DNA from: Octopus sinensis | Lineage: Eukaryota | Length of the DNA stretch: 64,000 nt | Assembly (NCBI RefSeq): GCF_006345805.1 | Contig: NC_043002.1 | Span: forward strand, 42,098,001 to 42,162,000 | Reading direction: 5' to 3' | Part shown: positions 10,739-23,760 of the stretch, in pieces | How positions within the stretch are numbered: the first letter of the stretch is position 1 | Layout: every line of letters starts with the position of its first letter | The notes under the pieces: generated by a model | What the model saw: only the letters and a program-made list of their open reading frames with translations | The model's database searches: none | What the model was told of the DNA's origin: nothing | Position numbers and translations under genes: made by a program

Positions 10739-11343
10739 CTTCCAAATAATAAGTTTTCAAGAGTCTGAAGTTCAGAAGAAAATTGTGAAACAAATTTTAT
10801 TTTATTTTATTTATTTATTTATTTCACTTTGGAATTCACGATGTGGATTGTATCCGTCTTAATTACAATGCTGCTAAAGGCTTAGTCTAATTCAGAAGAC
10901 GGCATTCTGGTATCCGTTCATCGTTAGTTCATAAATACGTGAAATGACAGAGTTATTGTTATAGTTATTTCAACTTAAAATAATAGTCTCTAAAAATAGT
11001 TGTTTTTATTATAATTTCTTCTTTGTTTGTTGTTTTATGATGATAAAAGTGCAAGCACGAATTTCAAAACAAAACAGATGGAAACAAATATATTTTCAAA
11101 ACAGTTGCCGAAGTAAGGTGATGGTTGTGGTGGTGATGGTGGTAAATGAAACGAAAAACGGCTGGGAATCCCAAGACTTATCCACATTTTCACAAGAGCA
11201 TTCCAGTGATTATTCATTATTACAGACCGCATCCGAATCCTAAACTTAGGGCACAGAAAAAAAAAATAACAACCAGAAACGGGGAACCTCTAAGCGCTCG
11301 GTCATCCTGCTGGAAATAACGACTGAATCTCCTAAAAATTATA

Positions 11344-11743
11344 TCCTATTTTTATATATAAAAGAGAGGTTGTGTGCTGCCTGTCTCCTACGATTTAGAT
11401 TCCTAACTACTCCCACATTTTGTGGTGCAGTTTAACCAAAACCGGGTATCTTATAGTCGTGATTCATATCGAGCCCTTCTGGGTATTAGCGCGCGTCTAC
11501 GATGAGTCTACGATTTTTAAAAATTTTAACATCAATTTTCCCCATTTTTAATGCATTTTTGGCATATATAAGGGAAGTAACTCTCTAAAAATTTATCATT
11601 AAATCTCAGAACGTAAAAAGCTACAGTAACACCCCCCCTTTGTGGTTAGCCATATTGAGATGACTATTATACTTTACATCTCTAAAAATGCTTATATAGT
11701 TATTTCCCTTACAAACCCGGGCAACGCCGGGCGATACTGCTAG
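11344..11743 (+). mobile_element. Non-autonomous Helitron
   Basis: 5' TC...TATATATAAAAG start, 3' hairpin CCCGGGCAACGCCGGG plus CTAG (11740-11743) then T. Confidence 0.8.
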
Positions 11744-11840
11744 TCTTCTTATAAAACAAAGAACACATTATCTTAAATATGTGATAAGAACTGAATATGA
11801 TGCTTGCTCATATGTAGGTATATACATACATTATACACAT

Positions 11841-12086
11841 AAGCCCAGAAACGGGGGGGGTGCAACCGCACCCACTAAAATTTTTGTGGTGTGCAAAATC
11901 AAAATTTGCACCCCTACTTATTTTTCTCAGGTTTACAAAACAGTAAAAAGGGATCTGTGAAAAGTACCCTGAATTAGGTTTCTTCTCAAAGAACAAGGAA
12001 CATAAATAAATAAAACAGAAAACGACTTTGTAAAAAATTTGGGAGTCTGGGTTTGCAGCACCTAAGCAAATTTCGTTCCTGAGCCA
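11841..12086. mobile_element. Degenerate hAT-like MITE
   Basis: Imperfect TIRs AGCCCAGAAACG / CGTTCCTGAGCC with subterminal GGTGCA/TGCACC motifs. Confidence 0.4.
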
Positions 12087-12164
12087 GCGGTTTTACATAT
12101 TTATTTACATGTACGCACATCATATACATACACACACACGCGTGTGTGTGTGTGTGTGCAGGTA

Positions 12165-13078
12165 TCTCTTCACAAGCATGTGGTTTCGTTTTCATCCCGC
12201 TGCATAACACCCCTTCCTTGAATAATGATATCTCTCTTCCCATACTCGTCGCCTGTACTAATTGCTGCTACTTGATTTATAGCAGGGGCATTGTAGCGGC
12301 CTCTGTGCTCAGCAACAGGCTTTTTGTCAGCATCAATAACTATCTTGTATTCAGTGGGTGGCGCAGGGTCCACTGCATACTTGAAGCTTCTGGTGTAGCT
12401 ATTGTTTGCAGATCAAAGATTAACTCTTCTTTCAAATCTAGAAGGTTAAATGACCGTTGCAAAGCCTGCTCCTTTTAATTTGCCACAAAATATAGCCGTG
12501 AAAACTGAGGATTTTTGCCTTCAGTTGGCCGCAAAGATCCAATACGATGGTATACTTGATCTTGAACTTTAAATATCGGCTTCATGTTCCCTTCTCTTAT
12601 AATATTGCTACCTAAGGAGGTCATTTGGAAAGCAGAATTATAATTCCTAATGCTTTTCAAGAAGTGCATACTCCTTGTGTTTGTCAAAAGCAATGCCTTC
12701 AAAGTATCTGGTGTACCAAACATCGGTAAAAGAGCCTGTCCTCCACCACAACACATACTGGTGGTTTCTCTTTCCCATTTCTTTCCTTTACAAAAAACTA
12801 TATATATTTATGTCTGTGTGTGTGTGTGTGTAGGTATGGATAGGTGGATATATCAGCCTGTGCAAGACATTTAGCCAACGTGGCGCATATGGGATTGAAC
12901 ACGTAACCGCGTGGTTGCGAGACGAATTTTTCCATCACATACCACATTCCTGCCTTCTCTGCTTCTCTCTCACCCTCTCTCTTTCCTCTTTTTCTCTTTG
13001 TCTTTCTCGCTCGTTCTCTCACTCTAAATGTGCGTGTGTATGTGTGTGCGTGTGTGCGCACACGTGCGTATGTCTGTG

Positions 13079-13120
<42 letters not shown>

Positions 13121-13700
13121 TGTGTTTGTACGTTTGTGCGCGCACGTGTATATTGCTCCAATATCTATCAATTTTTCTGTCAAATAATCATGTTTTGGAT
13201 CATAGTTGAAAGTTGATCTTTTCCAAGTCCCCTTAAAATCTGAAACTTTTTTGTCAAAGGTATTTAGCTTATCTTGATGAAGACGCTTACGTCTTTCTTC
13301 TGAGGAGTCTTGCAGCAACTGTTTGTTCCTGGTTTTTTTTCTTTGTCTCATCGCTCGCTGATCTATTTATTGTCTCACTGGCAACTCTGGCAGCTTGTTT
13401 TTGTCTTTGTCCTTTAAACGTTTTTCTCTTTCCTTTTTTTGACTCTTGGCTCCTGCAGATTGCATTTTGTTGACGTAATTGTTCTAACCGTTTTCCCTTG
13501 CCCCTTGTGACTCATTGGCCCTGCGTGCAGCAGCTCTCCTTCGGTCGTTTTTATGTCTCTGCTGTCGTTGTGCAGGGGTCTCTAGTGACCTTACTGTAGC
13601 TGCCTGTACTCGTCTTTGCTTCACTGTAGAATACGGATCATCTACATCTACCCTGTCTCCTCTTGAAGAGAGTGAGAACATTTTTCTCGGAATTTTTTTT
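12165..13700 (-). pseudogene. Helitron Rep/helicase N-terminal region, disrupted
   Basis: Charged repeats ETPAQRQQR, then FNYDPKHDY..IDIGA, FCKGKKWERETTSMCCGGGQ..LP, IRNYNSAFQMTSLG, FKVQDQVYHRIGSL, YKIVIDADKKPVAEHRGRYNAP..KRDIII. These are hallmark Helitron motifs. Stops, frameshifts and an insertion at 12798-13152. Confidence 0.9.
12798..13152 (-). repeat. Composite insert (decayed SINE B head plus CT/GT-rich flanks), copy 1
   Basis: Closely similar to 16455-16745 and interrupts the Helitron ORF. Confidence 0.8.
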
Positions 13701-13928
13701 GAAAATTAAAATTGGGATTAAATGAAAAAAAAATGAGTAAAAGTTACGTGAATATCTTCACAAGTGTGCGCGCGCGCACAGACAGACAGACAGACAGACA
13801 GACAACACACACACACACACACACACAGAGTATCAAACTTCAGTGTCTCTTTCTCTCCCGCTTTCCTCCTCTCTTTGTGCCGGCTTTCTTTCACCTTCAC
13901 CTACAGAACATACTGTATCAAACATCAG

Positions 13929-13959
<31 letters not shown>

Positions 13960-14149
13960 CACTATCCCTCTCTCCTTCAACTGCTCCTATTGAAACTTGC
14001 TTTCTCTCTTCTCCCTGTCTTTTTCTCATTCTGTGTTTCTCTCGTTTCTCTCTTTCCGTCGTGGAGGCCTCCTGGAGGCCTTCTGACAAATTCTCACATA
14101 TTAGAAAGCGAAAGTCACCCACGCTATCGACGAAAATAGTGAAGTTTGT

Positions 14150-14886
14150 GGGGTAAGAGTCTGATGCTTTGGGAATACATAAAAAAGTGGTGGTTCAAGA
14201 AAGTTGGTTACGATTGACGGTAACATGAACAGTGCCAAATACATCCGGTTGCTGAAGGACAATTTGATACCAGACTTGGTTGAAGGTGAGATTTTTCAAC
14301 ATGACGGAGTTCCATGTCGCAGATCTGATGAAGGTGTTACCGCATTGAAAGACTGGTCAGCTCAGAGCTCTGACTTAAATATCATCGAACAAATGTGGAC
14401 AGAGCAAAAGAGAAGAATTCGTCAGAGGAATCCATACAATCTTGAAGAGTTATGGGAGCTCAGCTACAGAGAATGGCTTCACATACCTGTGGAGATGGTG
14501 AAGGATTTGTGCGCATCTCTTCCCAGATGCGCTGAAGCAATTATTCAAGCTTAGAGAAGCCACACGAAATATTAACAACGTACAGTAACTTCTTGAAATG
14601 ACCATGATGTAGTAAATTTTGATTATAGTCATTTTTCTGTTTTAAAACAGCACTGTACCTTGATTGGTTTACGGGAGGTGTTCGAAAACTTTTGCACGGC
14701 GTCTCGCATCTTCCCCCTCTCATTCAGAACATCTACTACAAAATATAATGATTGGGTATGGAAATGACTCCGACAAGGCAAATGTTTCGTCTGTAAAAGA
14801 CTTAATGCAAAACATCCACTTATAAGTTGGCAATTAGTAGAAATTTACGATAGTCTAAAGTGGCCGTAGACTTTTGCACGGTACTG
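14150..14886 (+). mobile_element. Tc1 (DD34E) transposon, catalytic C-terminus plus right TIR
   Basis: IDGNMNSAKYI..IFQHDGVPC..DWSAQSSDLNIIEQMW..SLPRCAEAIIQA*RSHTKY*. Ends ACTTTTGCACGGTACTG|TA, with an inner direct repeat ACTTTTGCACGG near 14690 (IR/DR structure). Confidence 0.9.
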
Positions 14887-15073
14887 TATGTATGTATGTA
14901 TGTATGTATGTATGTATGTATGTATGTATGTATGTATGTTTGTGTATATGTGTGTATGTATGTATGTATGTATGTATGTATGTATGTATGTATGTATGTA
15001 TGTATGTATGTATGTTTGTGTATATGTGTGTATGTGTGTGTATACAGATAAAAAGACAGACAGACAGACAGAC

Positions 15074-15133
<60 letters not shown>

Positions 15134-15198
15134 GGATAGATAGATAGATAGATAGATAAATAGATGCCTATAATAGGCGGATATATTTGGGATCTTAC

Positions 15199-15294
15199 AC
15201 AGAACTTAAAATAGGGGTGTGTTTCATCTGCTTCATCAGTGCGGGGGCCCGGAGAACCAAGGTGGGGGCCTGCATTTATCTGATTGGCACCATC
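15199..15294 (-). CDS. Candidate 96-nt internal exon of an unidentified host gene
   Basis: Strong acceptor (long pyrimidine tract ending CTATTTTCACAG|G) and donor TGT|GTAAGA. Phase 0 is open: DGANQINAGPHLGSPGPRTDEADETHPYFKFC. No homologue recognised. Confidence 0.35.
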
Positions 15295-15974
15295 CTGTGA
15301 AAATAGAAAAAAAAAAGGAAGAAAGAAATCTGAGTCCCTGTCTTCAATTTTGAGAGGAAGGACCAAGAGCCTATTTCCTCCTTGGCAGATACGTAAGGGA
15401 AACCCTAGAGGCACAGACGCACAATGATACAAGATGATGAATGATAGTCGTGCGTGTGTGTCAGTTCAATGCACTCATTCTAGCCCACCTTTTTTTTTAT
15501 CTATCTTTTAAATATTCGTGCACAATGCACTCATGCACCTTTTACATCCGTTACCACTAACTATCTACCACACCCTCATAGAATGATAGTTGCTGACGAA
15601 TCGAATCAACAACATCCGGATTCAGTTCTTATATGAACCATTCAGAATTCACATACACACACACACACACACTTCATACCTGTTACACAGTCTGCACTCA
15701 GTGAACTTAAATAAGGAACGGCTCCACAAGAGGCTTTCGTGCCTCTCGCATACAGCATAACATTATACGAAGCTTTATGATTGGTTGATAAACTAACATC
15801 TGGGTATCTGTTTATTTCTGTTTATTTAACTATCGATCTGTGTTTACATGTATGTATTTACGTGTGTGTGTGTAGTGTATGTGTGTTTGTTTGTTTGTTT
15901 GTTTGTGAATCAGTGGGTGTACATATCTATTTATGTGCATGCATATATGTATATATATGTATATATATATACTT

Positions 15975-16390
15975 ATTACTCTTTTACTTGTTTCAGTCAT
16001 TTGACCTTGGCCATATTGGAGCAACGCCTTTAGTCGAGCAAATCTACCCCAGGACTTATTCTTTGTAAGCTTAGTACTTATTCTATCGGTCTCTTTGGTC
16101 GAACCGCTAAGTTACGGGGTCGTAAACACACCAGCATCGATTGTCAAGCGATGTTGGGAGGACAAACACAGACACAGACACAGACATACACACACACACA
16201 TATACATATATATATACATATATACGGCGGGCTTCTTTCAGTTTCCGTTCACCAAATCCACTCACAAGGCTTTGGTCGGCCCGAGGCTATAGTAGAAGAC
16301 ACTTGCCCAAGGTACCACACAGTGGGACTGAACCCGGCGGAACCATGTAGTTCGTAAGCAAGCGCTACTTACCACACCGCCGCTCCTACG

Positions 16391-16392
<2 letters not shown>
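15975..16392 (-). mobile_element. SINE family B, full length
   Basis: Reverse complement of 4155-4543. Confidence 0.9.
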
Positions 16393-16454
<62 letters not shown>

Positions 16455-16463
<9 letters not shown>

Positions 16464-16745
16464 GTGTGTGTGTAGGTATGGATAGGTGGATATATCAGCC
16501 TGTGCAAGGCATTTAACCAACGTGGTGCGTAGTGGGATTGAACCCGTAACTGCGTGGTTGCTAGACGAATTTTTCCATCGCATACCACATTCCTGCCTTC
16601 TTTGCTCCTCTCTCACCCTCTCTCTTTCCTCTTTTTCTCTTTGTGTTTCTCGCTCGTTCTCTCACTCTAAATGTGTGTGTGTGTGTGGGGGGGGGTATGT
16701 GTGTGTGTGTGTGTTTGTCTGTACGTTTGTAGGCGCACGTGTATA
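16455..16745 (-). repeat. Composite insert, copy 2
   Basis: Duplicate of 12798-13152, bounded by TA repeats. Confidence 0.8.
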
Positions 16746-16811
16746 TATGTATCTTATCTTTTACTTGTTTCAGTCATTAGTTTGCGGCCATGCGGGGGGT
16801 ACCACCTTGAG

Positions 16812-16856
<45 letters not shown>

Positions 16857-16918
16857 TGTGTGTATATACACACATATACTTATACATACATACATATACA
16901 CACATACACATACGCACA

Positions 16919-16965
<47 letters not shown>

Positions 16966-17140
16966 GTACCTATATATAAATGCGTACATAAATCTATTAA
17001 TATGAGTATACACACACACAGGTAGATAGAATTTGTGTATATATGACCATGTATGTTATATACGAACACATGTGTGTAAATAACAATCTATATGTATGTA
17101 TGAATGCGCGTGTGTATGCGTGAGGCCTCACTTGTGTGTA

Positions 17141-17171
<31 letters not shown>

Positions 17172-18164
17172 CTGTGTGTCTGTGTGTCTGTGTGTGTGCG
17201 TGTGTGCGTGTGTTCGTATGTGTACAGCTTCTATACAAACGTAAAGCTATATATTTCTCCCACATACAGAGTTACATATAGGGAGAAAACGATACGGCTA
17301 GAATCACGTATGGTTATTATATGTGGGTGCGAACCAGCGTATCGTTTGCTCTGTTACGTGCGCGTATCACAGCTTGGTGAACGTGACAGCATGAATACAT
17401 GCAAACATATATATATATATATATATTTATATTATATATATATATATATATATAATATATGTATATATGTGTGGGCGTGTGTGTGTGTGTGTTGTGTGTA
17501 TGTGTGTGAGATAAGTGTGTCACAGCATATGTGCATTCTCTGTGTGTGTTCGAGTGAAGAGGAGGGAGGGAGGGAAAGTAAAAATGGGCAAGGGAGAAGA
17601 AACAGTGTCGAGTGTGAGTGTGTGTGTGTGTATGAATGTGTGTGTGTGAATGTGTGTGTGTATGTGTGTGTGTGTGTGTGTGTATCTGGGAGGAGTGGTG
17701 CACATATGTTAATGTAAGAGGTTCGTCTCTTTATGTATTTCCGTGTAAGATAGCTGTGCAACAAGCATCAAGCTAAGATAGAAAGAACGTTTCTAAATTT
17801 ACATAGGAAATAAAAACATTGATGCACAAGTTCAAAAACGAACGTATCGATCGATCGATCGATCGAAAGATTAGAACGATGACATTATCACTCTCTCTCT
17901 CCCCACTCTCTCTCTCTCTCTCGCTCTTTTTCATCCTCTCTTTCGTTCTCTCTTTCGTTCTCTCTCTTGTCCCTCTCTCTACCCCCACACACTTTCTCTC
18001 TCTCTTCTATACATACATAACTCTATATATATATGTACACACATACACGCGCAAACGCGCACGCGCATACGCATTCCGCGTCGCGTTTTAGGTTTTCTGC
18101 ATTGTTTCAGAAGCACATACAGATACAAAGGCGTGGCATGTGTCAGTTGTGACATACGGCTAAC

Positions 18165-18950
18165 TACATACATACATACATACATACATACATACATACA
18201 TACATACATACATACATACACACACATGCACGCACATACATACATACATACATGCATACATACATACACACATACATACACACACATGCACACACATACA
18301 TACATACATACATGCATACATACACACATACATACATACATACATACATACATACATACATACACACACATGCACACACATACATACATACTTACATACA
18401 TACATACATACACACACATACATACATACATAGATACATTTATACATACATACGTACACACACACACATACATACATACATTCATACATACATACACACA
18501 CATACACACATACATACATACATACCTACCTACCTACCTACCTACCTACCTACCTACCTACATACATACATACATACATACATACATACATACATACATA
18601 CACAACACACAAGCATACACACACACATATGTATACATACATACATACACACACACACACATTCATACATACATACACACATACATACATGCATACTTGC
18701 TTAATACATACATATACACATATACACATACATACATACATACATACATACATTCATACATACATACACACATACATACATACATATATACATACATACA
18801 CACAAACATACATACACACATACACACCCACATACATGCATACATACATTCATACATACATACATACACACACATACATACACACACATACATACATGCA
18901 CACACACACACACATACATATGCATGCATGTACATATTACATGCATATGT
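18165..18950. repeat. Long degenerate (CATA)n microsatellite
   Basis: Seen directly. Source of the HTYI/MYVC pseudo-ORFs. Confidence 0.95.
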
Positions 18951-19366
18951 ATAACATATCTACAAATCTGTGAATAAAATAAAAAACAGCCTTGTCATTT
19001 TTGTGTTAGTGACCCGTCAGAATGATACGATGAGCTGAAATAAATCTCGTTTAATAACTGGACACGCATGCGCGCGCGGGCACACTCACACTCATGCAGT
19101 CGTGCATATGAATATATATGTTTTCTTTGCTCTCTCTTCTCACTTTTTTCTATATACGCACACACACGTGCGTATATACATACATAGATTTCATATACGC
19201 ATACATATTATATCTATCTACTCCTCTATGTTTTATATGTGTGTATATATATATATATATTATATATATATATTATATATATATATATATATTATATATA
19301 TATATTATATATACATATATATATATATATGTATGTATATATATATATATATATTATATGTATATA

Positions 19367-19415
<49 letters not shown>

Positions 19416-19461
19416 TATATATATATATATGTATATGTATATATATGTATATATATTATAT

Positions 19462-19630
19462 GGCGCAGGCGTGGGTGTGTGGTAAGTAGTTTGCTTCCCA
19501 ACCATATGGTTCCGGGTTCAGTCCTACTGCGTTGCAATTTGAGCAAATGTCTTCTACCATAGCCTCGGGGCGACCAAAGCCTTGTGAGTGAGTGGATTTG
19601 GTGGATGGAATCTGAAAGAAGCCCATCATA
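19462..19630 (+). mobile_element. SINE family B, 5' half
   Basis: GGCGCAGGCGTGGGTGTGTGGTAAG...GGTTCAGTCC. Confidence 0.85.
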
Positions 19631-19649
19631 TATATATATTATATATATG

Positions 19650-20110
19650 TATAAGCTTCTACTAACATATCCACGCCTGGTCTTCTGCTGATATATGCTG
19701 ATCCTTTCATCTGATATGTTGCAGTAGAATTATACGACTTCTTTTGGTATGTATTTCAGGTTATCAGAGTATTTCAGGTTATCAGGAATGCTTTTCAAGG
19801 ATCTGCCTTCCAAGTCTCATGAAATTAGCCTCATGTATACAAACTTGGTCAAGGGGTGCACTTCGATTCTTGATGTTTAAAAGACTTTGCCGAGAGGATA
19901 TGATACGACGTTCAAAAGCTGTTTGGATCGATGTTAAGCCTCTGCCGCCTTACTTTGGTTGTTTGTAGCGGCGGTCTACGTCACTTTTGATATGAAAATT
20001 ATGTGTACTTGTTAGAATCTTCCGGGTTTTCACATCTTTCGGGCTCGGATCTCATCAAGCGTCTAATCAAGCAGCCCAAATGTTGATGTGAGTACTGGCA
20101 CTGCAAACAC
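19650..20110 (-). pseudogene. R4/Dong-like (restriction-like endonuclease clade) non-LTR element fragment
   Basis: [48 protein letters not shown] matches the post-RT motif YAVPVL.YSFG..KTRK.L...HPKSDVDRLY.PR..GGRGL. Confidence 0.75.
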
Positions 20111-20141
<31 letters not shown>

Positions 20142-20174
20142 TGTATGTATGTATGTATGTATGTATGTATGTGT

Positions 20175-21086
20175 AAAATTTATTGGTCAGAAATCCAGAA
20201 ACACGAGAAGCACACTCTAAAACTTTAGAACACTAATACTTAAAAGGTTGTTAGTTATGGTTGGTCAGGGAGTGACCATTGATTTTGCACATGTAAAATA
20301 TACACTGGACCAGAAGGTAATACGATCCCAGAGTCAGATTCGGTACGTAATCTGGGGGTTCACATAAGCTATGATGCAACATTTCATGTGCATATTGCCA
20401 ACACTGTGCAGATGGGTGACTGGATGGATTCCGGGGACATTCAGAATCAGGAAAAGAAGGCCCTGCTACTCCTATGGAAGACTTTCGTTCTCAGCCGCTT
20501 GGACTACTGCTACTAACTATGGTTCCCAGAGAATGTGAAACCAAACTGGAACTCGAAGCAATCTAGCGCCAATACACAAAGAAGATTGACTTGATGCAAA
20601 AGATGGGCTAGTGGGAGAGGCTAAAGGAGCTGAGTTTCTATTCCCTAGAGAGAAGACGAGAGAGATATGCTTGATATATATTTGGATGATCATGGAAGGT
20701 TTAGCTCCCAATTTTGGAATTGTAGCTATACCGATCTTCGAACTTGGCGGCACTGCATCATACCAAAGATCCCGTCTTCCACATCTAAAATAAGGACACA
20801 GTAGTGCAATAGTCTGGGTTTCAAGGACCCGCAATAGTTCAACATCTTGCCAGGCAACCTTAGAGATTGACATGATGTTGATGTGGAAGTTTTCAAGGAA
20901 CGCCTGGACAGGTTTCTATCTGAGATACCAGATGAACCGACATCGCGGCAGGAGACCCAAAGAAGAGGAGCTTCGTTCAACTCGCTACTTCACCAAAAAC
21001 AATACCAGAAACAACACCGAGTAACTACAGGTTGTGCACCAGCATAACCTCAGCCCTGGGCTGAAACCAGTAAAAGGTAAAAGATA
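20175..21086 (+). mobile_element. CR1-type LINE 3' part (ORF2 C-terminus plus tail)
   Basis: VRNLGVHIS..LWKTFVLSRLDYC..LEAI*RQYTKKI..WERLKELSFYSLERRRERY..FKERLDRFLSEIPDEP. Tail GTGCACCAGCAT..CTGAAACCAGTAAAAG. Confidence 0.85.
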
Positions 21087-21477
21087 ATGTATATATGGTT
21101 AAAGCAACTTATTGTAATTTTAAAGTTAGAGCAAATTACTATTAAATTATATCATTTTAAATTATATTTTCAGTATATATTTTCAGACAACAATTTTTTT
21201 TATAAGAAAATAAATGTATTTGAAGATAAATGTTCGCAGAGATGTGAAGTCCACTGATACCCGCGCCTACGATCAGAACAATTCGATGAACACTAACTAC
21301 TAAATTATCTGATACGTGATCAGTCATCAGTATTACTGTTAGTTATTATGAGTTGAGCGTATCTTTCTCAGAACACTTGTGATATGAATTTATATTTTAT
21401 GATTATCACAAATAACTTCCACAACCCGATAAGAAAACGTTACACTACATATAAATACATTAATTCTGATTTATATT

Positions 21478-21705
21478 GTTGGACTGTGGCTATGCTGGGG
21501 CACCGCTTCGTAGGCTTTAATAAATCAAATAAACCTAGGTACTTAATTTTGTTTCAAAAGTCTGGTTAAAATTCTATCGGTCTGTTTTGCCGAAAGCTAA
21601 TGTTACACGGATGTAAACAAGCCAACACCGACTGTCAAGCGGTAGGGTAAGGGGACAAACACAAAAACACCCACACGCATACATACACTTACACATACGT
21701 ACACT

Positions 21706-21737
<32 letters not shown>

Positions 21738-21925
21738 CACACACACACACACATACACATATACATCGGGCTTCTACATAGTTTCCGCCTACGAAATTCA
21801 GTCATTAGGTATTTGTCGCTCTGAAGCTGTAGCAGAATACACTCTCCCTAACTGCCACACAATGGCACGGAAACCCAAAACAGGTAGTTGCAAAGCGAAC
21901 ATCTTAACCATACAACTACGCCTAC
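21478..21925 (-). mobile_element. SINE family B, old copy
   Basis: Diverged reverse complement of family B. Confidence 0.75.
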
Positions 21926-22201
21926 GCACACACGTTCACAATTTCTAAATTTTAGCACTTCAAAACATTACGACAATTGACTCAAATATCATTAAATCAC
22001 TGCGTTATTTTAAAAATAACTTTTTACCTATTTATTTGAAATATATTAAAATTTCGACGAATATTTCATTTGATATTTTTTGATATTTTTAATGCGTTTT
22101 AGAGTAAATTTATTATTCGTCCATTATGCATTCAATGAGTGTTTTCGGCGAATTTTCATTTGTGTATGAGTGTTGTGTGTGTGTGTGTGTGTGTGTGTGA
22201 G

Positions 22202-22234
<33 letters not shown>

Positions 22235-22339
22235 CATGTGTATGTATGTAAGCATAAATATATATTATAATAGTAATACGCACACACACACGCACACTCA
22301 TCTCTCTCTCTCTCTCTCTCTCTCTATCATCTATCTATA

Positions 22340-22409
<70 letters not shown>

Positions 22410-22811
22410 ATAGACGTCACTGAAGTGACGAAGGCATAAAGTGGTACCAGCATTGCTACAAATAAGAGTAAAACGACTCATTAACCACAAAAGGCACATT
22501 CCTAGTAAGCTAACAAGGGAGACAATGCTCCATTGGGCCATATCTCCGACTCTTACAAATCCGCTTCCACATTACCATGTTGAAAATTAGATTGAAATTT
22601 GACAAAAGGTATCCGATCTAGACCCCCAAGTGTCCCCCAAGATTAATATAATCCCAGTTTTCACACTGATGCGCCCCAAAACGTCTCCCAATCAATTTCC
22701 CACCTCAAGTTACCCCCTCCTGTAAATTTTAATCCCACTCCAGCCTCATTTAGACCCCTTTTTACATAAAAATCCAATTTGTATCAACGATCACCTTCTT
22801 CATTTTATAGA

Positions 22812-23719
22812 TTAGACAGATATACCTGGCCTTGCTCGGGATTAAAATAGTTTATTACTGTTTTACTTGTTTCGGTATTATAACCCGATTTCATTCGGGT
22901 CTACACGGGCAACATTTTAAAAGATGAGGAATTTTGCCCTAAAAGCCATGTCTTTCAATTGAGCAAACTCAAAGTTGCCATGCAAACTCGCTAGCACTTT
23001 TAACATAGGTGTGCATATTTTCAGCTCAATCCGACTACATATGCACGCATTATATATACATACGCATTAAATATGTACATATATACGCATTATATATACA
23101 TGTCTACACACACATATATATATATATATCTACACACATATATATAAATATATACACTTTATATATATATACACATATATATATGTATACACATTATATA
23201 TATATTTATATAGACACACATATATATGAATTAACACTAAATATCTGATTAATAATATCTTTTATGATTGTGCGGTGGTAGTGGGCGATAATAATTCACT
23301 GTTCTAAAAGGACTGTAGCGGGAATATTTAAACTTTTGCGGCTGTCAACGCTTTCTCTCTATAGATACAGACAGACGTACAGTGAGAGAGGTGGTGGGAA
23401 AAGAGTGACAGAGAGACGGTGAAGCTGTCAAACGTCGTTACAGAAAGTCGAGTGAAGGGAGGAAAGAGAGGAGGAAGAGAGGGTGATATCCGAAAGAGAG
23501 AAATGACAAACACTTGTCAAAGTGTGGGTTTTGTTGCCCTAGTAACCACAGCTTTTGAGATAGGGATTTCTAACCTAGTCCACCCACTTCCTCGCCTCTT
23601 TTTACATGTCCCTGTAAATTTTGGAGCCAATCTGACCCCATCTAGTGCTCCTTAACCTGTACCAATCCCCACACAAACTTTTCACATTTCAATCCCCATA
23701 CAAACTTTTCACATTTCAT

Positions 23720-23730
<11 letters not shown>
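22812..23730 (-). mobile_element. Non-autonomous Helitron-like element
   Basis: Minus-strand 3' end CCCGAGCAAGGCCAGGTATATCTGTCTAA resembles the ends at 1626-1653 and 11716-11743. The 5' end reads TATATAAAGATGAAATGTGAAAAGTTT with a short tandem duplication. Confidence 0.55.
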
Positions 23731-23758
<28 letters not shown>

Positions 23759-23760
23759 TA

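Noticed and set aside
14320-14362. CTGATGA...GAAA-GAC..GTC motif
   Set aside because: It lies inside Tc1 transposase coding sequence and stems I and II do not pair properly, so it is a chance match.
15215-15245. Minus-strand CTGATGAAGCAGATGAAAC
   Set aside because: No stem II, stem III or cleavage triplet. The exon interpretation is preferred.
18133-18954. 273-aa ORF and the many other YI/HT/VC/LS-repeat ORFs
   Set aside because: They are translations of (TA)n, (CA)n, (CATA)n and (CT)n microsatellites.
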